A DNA stretch of 64,000 nt from Lytechinus pictus (Eukaryota). A model generated the notes under the pieces. It saw nothing but the letters and a program-made list of their open reading frames with translations, did no database searches and was not told the origin of the DNA. Of the stretch, positions 61,501 to 64,000 are shown one piece after another (the stretch's first letter is position 1; the number at the start of each line of letters is the position of its first letter). The position numbers and the translations under genes were made by a program. The stretch spans positions 6,450,001 to 6,514,000 of the forward strand of contig NC_087245.1 of NCBI RefSeq assembly GCF_037042905.1. Reading direction: 5' to 3'.

Positions 61501-63758
61501 CTTTCCCTGATCGCAGGCAATCGAGCTATATGACCGCATCTGGTCGAAAGAGGGCCAGAGATCGAGCGGTAACTGTCATGGTCCAAGAAGGGATTGAGTA
61601 AACAATTGCCCCGGGCGCTTGTCGTAAAAAAAGCGCAAAGAGAAAGTTAACTGTGTGACAGCAATTTTGATAGCTGGAAACAGGTGGTAGCCATAAAATG
61701 CTCTTGTTGAATGTCCATTTGTAATAGGTCCATGGTACCAGGAAGCCTATCAATTTTGAGGTCAAAAGGTCAAGGTCACAGTGACATGTTTTCATCTCAC
61801 CCTTCTTAAAACCTTGTAAACATGAAAGCTTCAATTTGACTTAACCTACATGTAGGCTCATATACACTGTGTACATGTATGATACTAGCATGGATCCCAG
61901 GAATTCTATTTATTTGAGGTCAGAAGGTAAAAGGTCAAGTCACCATCTTCCACTTTTCTTGCTTGAACAATAACTCCATTTTCCGTGTTACTGGCGGGCA
62001 TATTATGTGCTCGCCTTAGCAACACTCTAGTTTTTATGCAGGAAAAATGTGAATGATAATGCTGCTTTTGTGATGTACATGTAATTCAAATGCAAGTCTT
62101 GTTTTTAATTTCTTTTCCTTACAGTTCAATGCTATATTTGAGCCCCTAGGATCCCAGTATTTAGGGGTAATTGTGACAGGATTCATGTAAGTTCATATCA
62201 TGTTTTTAATAGAAAAAAGCAATTTTAGAGAATGCTCGTTAAATGATTGATTTTTTTCATTGAAAACTTAAAAAAAATCAGAAAATGTGGACTTTGGTTG
62301 AAAACATATCTTATATTAATATTGTGCTCTTGTTATTTTTAAAGTGCATTTGAGAGTTATGTTTTTTTAACAGGCTCATATAATTTGGTGTGTATGATAC
62401 TAGCATGGATCCCATGAAGCCTATTGATTTTGAGGTCAAAATTTAAGGTCATAGTGACCGTGCTTTCATCTTACCCTTCTGAAGTTCTTGTAAATGAGAT
62501 AACTTCAGTTTAACTTAAACTAGGCTCCTATAGTTTGATGTGTATAATACTAGCATGGATCCAAGAAATTCTATAGATTTTGAGGTCTAAAGGTCCAAGG
62601 TCAAGTCGTCACCTTCCACTTTTCCACATTACTGGCTGGCATATTATGTGCTTGCCCCAGTGACACTCTTGTTTGATTATATTTTGCATGAGCATTAGGA
62701 CTCGATCTTGCATAATTTGTACTGCTCCTTTTAATGCGGATACATCTTAGTGAATTTTGTGATAATTTTGACAAAGTAATCAAGGAATTATTAGACATTG
62801 ATGTTACTATTATTTGAAGGAATCAACTATATGGGAGTATTATGGGGTTTAAGTATATCACAATTGACAATATCACTTAATGAGAGATTATGTGGAGCGT
62901 TGTGGCCCAGTGGATTAGTCTTCGGACTTTGAAACAGAGGGTTGTGGGTTCGAATCCTAGCCATGGCGTAATTTCCTTCAGCAAGAAACTGATCCACAAT
63001 GTGCTGCACTCAACCCAGGTGAGGTAAATGGGTACCGGTAGGAAGTAATTCCTTAAAAAGCTGTGTGCGCTATGAACGCCTAGCTTAGCCGGGTAATATA
63101 GGAGCGCCTTGAGCACCTAACAAGGTGGATATGTGCGCAATATAAATACCCTATATTATTGCTCTTATTATTCTCATCTCATTTTATCAAAAATGTAACA
63201 GCATGACATATTTACAAAGTCTCAAATGAAAATTTCCAAATTTTTTCTTGATATGTTCAACTAAAAAAGTAAAATATTGGTGAAATGGAAATGATTGTAC
63301 ATTGTTCCTATGTCAGATATGTCAATCATGAAGAGGATAGTTGTGAGATTTAGATGCCTCCACCTACAGTATGTGCTTGCTCAAGCAGATGTTTTTGTGA
63401 AATATATTCTTATTTAGTTCCCCATCCTATTACAAGTAATTTGTAGGTCAGATTAATATAGCAGTGTTGGTAGCATACATTGTAACTGTGCAGTTGAGAA
63501 GAAGAATATTCTTTAAAATCGCTATGAAACAATATGATTAATTCAAGTACAATTTGTTAACCTTGTTTTTTTTCATTTCCAGGAATGGAAGCATTGATGC
63601 AGGATTTTCAGTAATCCTGGATAGTTTGATAGAGCATAATGGCAGCAATCCTTTGGTTGCCACAAGAGAATCAATCAAGAATTCTATCAATAATGGAATA
63701 GGAAATGGGGCATTTGGAGATTTGCCAGTTGTTCCAGGATCTTTATCTGTTTATCAAG
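6659..63758 (+). CDS. Multi-exon gene (26 coding exons in window, 3' end beyond window): type II transmembrane SEA- and HYR(hyalin-repeat)-domain protein
   Basis: All exons have AG/GT boundaries, are stop-free and join with matching phases (4663 nt). RSRK followed by a ~29-aa hydrophobic segment; three SEA domains with F-x-x-G-S-[VI] motif; 12 HYR domains (D.E.P...CP...W..P.A.DNSG...G...VT..A.D.SGN...C.F.V.V). Confidence 0.9.
7456..7639 (+). mobile_element. SINE-like insertion with 7SL (Alu-domain)-like head, B box, Deu/Nin-like segment and (CA)n tail
   Basis: ACTGGGCGTTGTGGCGTGCGCCTGTAATCCAAGCTA head; GGTTCGAGCCC; GTCTTTCGGATGGTGACGTTAAA; (CA)n; interrupts the LINE reading frame. Confidence 0.7.
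9034..9283 (+). mobile_element. tRNA-derived SINE inserted in the LINE RT region
   Basis: A box TGGTCCAGTGG, B box GTTCGAATCC; ATAC on both sides; removing it rejoins the LINE frame (EKISISRG.RQGCP). Confidence 0.8.
10751..11130. mobile_element. TTAA MITE family K1, truncated copy
   Basis: TTAA|AGGTGAAGTCCACCCC; colinear with 11285 copy. Confidence 0.75.
11160..11238 (-). pseudogene. tRNA-like sequence (tRNA pseudogene or SINE head) ending in CCA
   Basis: Minus strand TGTACCGTGGCCGAGTGG...CCGGGGTTCGATCCCCGG...GGTACTCCA; A and B boxes and T-arm intact; anticodon stem does not pair. Confidence 0.6.
11285..11883. mobile_element. TTAA MITE family K1, full-length copy (Kolobok-like)
   Basis: TTAA on both sides; long imperfect TIRs (~190 bp). 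Confidence 0.85.
12246..12729 (+). CDS. Exon 2: cytoplasmic N-terminal tail and signal-anchor TM helix
   Basis: ttcacAG acceptor, G|GTGAGT donor; lies inside ORF 12156-12884; [33 protein letters not shown]. Confidence 0.85.
14326..14446. mobile_element. Short hAT-like MITE remnant
   Basis: 14-bp TIR CAGGGGCCGCGGAA / TTCCGCGGCCCCTG; no clear TSD. Confidence 0.55.
14911..17655. mobile_element. 2.7-kb non-autonomous TTAA element (Kolobok-like) carrying an internal ~220-240-bp tandem array
   Basis: TTAA|GGACGTTCCACAGTTA ... TAACTGTAGAACGTCC|TTAA; motif GATGAAAATGACATGGA recurs near 15820, 16040, 16268, 16506, 16740, 16975, 17201. Confidence 0.88.
18619..19181. mobile_element. TIR element with poly-G/poly-C ends
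   Basis: (G)nCACTTCCATTGACGAGTGGATACCATGTGCGACCA vs TGGTCGCGCATGGTATCCACTCGCCAATGTAAGTGG(C)n. Confidence 0.8.
19527..22374. mobile_element. PIF/Harbinger-like non-autonomous element, outer copy
   Basis: TIR AGCCCCAGTCACATATAGAC; TSD TAA (19524-26 / 22375-77); internal 21-bp minisatellite ACACGGACCAACACGTCAGC(A/T). Confidence 0.9.
20575..22036. mobile_element. Second copy of the same Harbinger-like element, inserted inverted inside the first
   Basis: Same TIRs; TSD TTA (20572-74 / 22037-39); sequence is the reverse complement of the reconstructed outer copy. Confidence 0.9.
22864..23444. mobile_element. TTAA-flanked MITE family K2 with ~200-bp TIRs
   Basis: TTAA|TGGGATGGTCCAGGCTGAAA ... TTTTCAGCCCGGACCATCCCT|TTAA. 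Confidence 0.85.
23539..23574 (+). CDS. Micro-exon 3 ([12 protein letters not shown]), Ser/Thr stalk
   Basis: ttccataaAG acceptor, AG|GTAATG donor, 36 nt, phase 1-1. Confidence 0.55.
23671..24623. mobile_element. piggyBac-like MITE family PB, diverged copy with internal duplication
   Basis: TTAA flanks; shares core (GCATGCACTTAC...GTACCCGGG...GAGACTTGAAA) with 37017, 40848 and 50884 copies. Confidence 0.75.
25368..25415 (+). CDS. Micro-exon 4 ([16 protein letters not shown])
   Basis: ttttattccAG acceptor, G|GTAAGC donor, 48 nt, phase 1-1. Confidence 0.65.
26018..26130 (+). CDS. SEA domain 1, exon a
   Basis: [38 protein letters not shown]; polypyrimidine-cAG acceptor, GTCAGT donor; phase 1-0. 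Confidence 0.85.
26940..27007 (+). CDS. SEA domain 1, exon b
   Basis: [22 protein letters not shown](S); phase 0-2. Confidence 0.85.
27606..27847 (+). CDS. SEA domain 1, exon c (contains G^SVIV cleavage motif)
   Basis: (S)[27 protein letters not shown]...[12 protein letters not shown]; phase 2-1; donor GTAAGA. Confidence 0.85.
28530..28981 (-). mobile_element. tRNA-SINE family S, 5'-truncated, interrupted by a TIR element
   Basis: Reverse complement of the 62894 SINE core; (TAA)n tail at 28450-28550. Confidence 0.75.
28717..28933. mobile_element. Short CCCGG-terminated TIR element with 8-9-bp TSD
   Basis: GTTGAGTG(C)|CCGGGGGTCACTCTC ... GAGAGTGACCCACCGGG|GTTGAGTGC. Confidence 0.85.
29183..29257 (+). 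CDS. Thr/Pro/Ser-rich linker exon
   Basis: [25 protein letters not shown]; tttcacAG acceptor, AG|GTTTGT donor; phase 1-1. Confidence 0.75.
31414..35071. mobile_element. hAT-like composite element inserted into the left TIR of the foldback element
   Basis: CAGGTGCGGATCCA / TGGATCCGCGCCTG termini; 8-bp TSD GGTTCTAT; internal GCTCGCGCTTCGCGCTCGC motifs. Confidence 0.85.
31477..32185 (+). repeat. ~700-bp polypurine (G/A) low-complexity tract
   Basis: Almost only A and G on the + strand. Confidence 0.95.
35297..35616. mobile_element. hAT-like MITE
   Basis: CATTGGCGGCGGAAG / CTTCCGCCGCCTAAG termini; 8-bp TSD TAATTAAT. Confidence 0.85.
37017..37772. mobile_element. piggyBac-like MITE family PB, full copy
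   Basis: TTAA|CCCTAATTCTCC ... GGAGAGTTAGGG|TTAA. Confidence 0.9.
38035..38182 (+). mobile_element. tRNA-SINE family S, 3' fragment
   Basis: GGTGAGGTGAATGGGTACCCGGCAGGATTAATTCC core and (ATT)n tail. Confidence 0.7.
38823..39059 (+). CDS. HYR domain 1 exon
   Basis: [12 protein letters not shown]...[14 protein letters not shown]; 237 nt, phase 1-1. Confidence 0.92.
39584..39823 (+). CDS. HYR domain 2 exon
   Basis: [12 protein letters not shown]...[10 protein letters not shown]; 240 nt, phase 1-1. Confidence 0.92.
40044..40283 (+). CDS. HYR domain 3 exon (missed by the ORF track)
   Basis: [37 protein letters not shown]...[14 protein letters not shown]; 240 nt, phase 1-1. Confidence 0.92.
40335..40627 (-). 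mobile_element. tRNA-SINE family S, near full-length
   Basis: Reverse complement of the 62894 copy including the tRNA-like head. Confidence 0.8.
40848..42485. mobile_element. piggyBac-like MITE family PB (inverted relative to 37017), interrupted
   Basis: TTAA|CCCTAAATCTCCC ... GGGAGAATTAGGG|TTAA. Confidence 0.9.
41434..42298. mobile_element. TTAA-targeting (Kolobok-like) element nested in the PB MITE
   Basis: TTAA|AGACCCTGACCGG ... CCGGTCTGGATCT|TTAA; internal inverted repeat containing TGACGTCA. Confidence 0.85.
42634..42870 (+). CDS. HYR domain 4 exon
   Basis: [12 protein letters not shown]...[14 protein letters not shown]; 237 nt, phase 1-1. Confidence 0.92.
43125..44240 (+). mobile_element. 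Helentron-associated (HINE/DINE-1/Tsp-like) element family A
   Basis: SubTIR GTCTCACCTGC / GCAGGTGAGAC, (CGG)n microsatellite, ~5 core repeats of ~150-200 bp, CTTGTT end, T-rich target. Confidence 0.8.
44651..44887 (+). CDS. HYR domain 5 exon
   Basis: [12 protein letters not shown]...[14 protein letters not shown]; 237 nt, phase 1-1. Confidence 0.92.
45010..45798 (+). mobile_element. HINE-like family A, decayed copy with insertion
   Basis: Core repeats and 3' end (GTCAGCACTGCTGCTAT...GGCGAGACTG...CTTGTT) match 43125-44240. Confidence 0.7.
46891..47115 (+). CDS. HYR domain 6 exon
   Basis: [12 protein letters not shown]...[14 protein letters not shown]; 225 nt, phase 1-1. Confidence 0.9.
47487..47723 (+). 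CDS. HYR domain 7 exon
   Basis: [12 protein letters not shown]...[14 protein letters not shown]; 237 nt, phase 1-1. Confidence 0.92.
48216..48461 (+). CDS. HYR domain 8 exon
   Basis: [13 protein letters not shown]...[23 protein letters not shown]...CTFDIAVN; 246 nt, phase 1-1. Confidence 0.92.
49033..49275 (+). CDS. HYR domain 9 exon
   Basis: [13 protein letters not shown]...[10 protein letters not shown]; 243 nt, phase 1-1. Confidence 0.92.
49864..50582. mobile_element. Tc1/mariner-like MITE
   Basis: TA|TAGTGCGTATCCAAAAAAAGTTTA ... TAAAATTTTTATTGATACACACTG; degenerate CAGTG-type TIR. Confidence 0.6.
50884..51613. mobile_element. piggyBac-like MITE family PB, diverged copy
   Basis: TTAA|CCCT start; core matches the 37017 copy. 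Confidence 0.8.
51809..52051 (+). CDS. HYR domain 10 exon
   Basis: [13 protein letters not shown]...[14 protein letters not shown]; 243 nt, phase 1-1. Confidence 0.92.
52469..52584 (+). CDS. SEA domain 2, exon a
   Basis: [39 protein letters not shown]; 116 nt, phase 1-0. Confidence 0.88.
53087..53148 (+). CDS. SEA domain 2, exon b
   Basis: [20 protein letters not shown](S); 62 nt, phase 0-2. Confidence 0.88.
53230..53682 (+). mobile_element. HINE-like family C
   Basis: GTCC/GTCT microsatellite, two core repeats, 3' GTGCTCGCCTTAGCGACAC hairpin then TTGTT. Confidence 0.75.
53961..55360 (+). mobile_element. HINE-like family A copy with an unrelated insertion (~54720-55260)
   Basis: 5' and 3' ends match 43125-44240; the insertion carries a hairpin GCAGGTCTATTTCACC...GGTGAAATAAACCTGC. 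Confidence 0.75.
55728..55903 (+). CDS. SEA domain 2, exon c
   Basis: [18 protein letters not shown]...[15 protein letters not shown]; 176 nt, phase 2-1. Confidence 0.88.
56328..57928 (+). mobile_element. HINE-like family B with nine ~156-bp tandem core repeats
   Basis: SubTIR GTCTCGCCCAC / GTGGGCGAGAC; array 56394-57797; CTTGTT end. Confidence 0.85.
58255..58500 (+). CDS. HYR domain 11 exon
   Basis: [13 protein letters not shown]...[12 protein letters not shown]; 246 nt, phase 1-1. Confidence 0.92.
59261..59506 (+). CDS. HYR domain 12 exon
   Basis: [13 protein letters not shown]...[14 protein letters not shown]; 246 nt, phase 1-1. Confidence 0.92.
60092..60207 (+). CDS. SEA domain 3, exon a
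   Basis: [39 protein letters not shown]; 116 nt, paralogous to 52469-52584. Confidence 0.88.
60555..62031 (+). mobile_element. HINE-like family C, interrupted by a P-like element
   Basis: Matches 53230-53682 on both sides of the insertion. Confidence 0.8.
60892..61734. mobile_element. Non-autonomous P-superfamily-like element
   Basis: 29-bp TIR CATGGAC(A/C)TATTACAA(C/A)TGGACATTCAAC; 7-bp TSD GTACCAG. Confidence 0.8.
62125..62186 (+). CDS. SEA domain 3, exon b
   Basis: [20 protein letters not shown](M); 62 nt, paralogous to 53087-53148. Confidence 0.88.
62370..62672 (+). mobile_element. HINE-like family C, 5'-truncated
   Basis: Core and 3' end match 53230-53682. Confidence 0.75.
62894..63160 (+). 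mobile_element. tRNA-derived SINE family S, full length
   Basis: A box TGGCCCAGTGG, B box GGTTCGAATCC, central GCACTCAACCCAGGTG...AAATGGGTACC, LINE-like 3' end with (TAT)n. Confidence 0.85.
63583..63758 (+). CDS. SEA domain 3, exon c
   Basis: [17 protein letters not shown]...[15 protein letters not shown]; 176 nt, paralogous to 55728-55903; ends at a phase-1 donor, so the gene continues. Confidence 0.88.
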
Positions 63759-64000
63759 GTATTAACTTGAATTACTTAAATTCTATGCAACATTCTATTT
63801 ACCTTTCAAATTTGGTCAACCTTTTCTCTTGTAGCCCAATACATGTATCTAGATCAATGTATCACCTTACTTGTAGGTATGGCTTTACTTTTACAAGTGA
63901 CTATTCAGATGATTGTAAACATACATAGTTACTTGTTCTATCTTGTTGTTAGTATATTTTGCTCTCATTGCACAAAAATAATATGTTGATTTTCTCTAGA

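Overview
Eukaryotic, AT-rich, intron- and repeat-rich genomic DNA, most likely from a sea urchin or other echinoderm (inferred from the HYR/hyalin-repeat gene and the repeat types; not provable from the window). Two plus-strand genes are visible. (1) The last two coding exons of an unidentified upstream gene (232-327, 1086-1412). (2) A gene of at least 57 kb whose 26 hand-assembled exons all join in phase (about 1,550 codons, still open at the window end). It encodes a type II membrane protein: cytoplasmic tail - TM - SEA - Thr/Pro linker - 10x HYR - SEA - 2x HYR - SEA - (continues). The introns are packed with non-autonomous transposons, many nested and with readable target-site duplications: PIF/Harbinger-like, TTAA-targeting Kolobok- and piggyBac-like, hAT-like, P-like, Helentron/HINE-like, tRNA-SINEs and one decayed L1/Tx1-like LINE. 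The most unusual item is a 184-bp SINE-like insertion at 7456-7639. Its head looks like the 5' Alu domain of 7SL RNA, fused to a B box, a Deu/Nin-like core and a (CA)n tail, making it a candidate 7SL-derived SINE in an invertebrate. All coordinates and counts were done by eye; no database searches were run.
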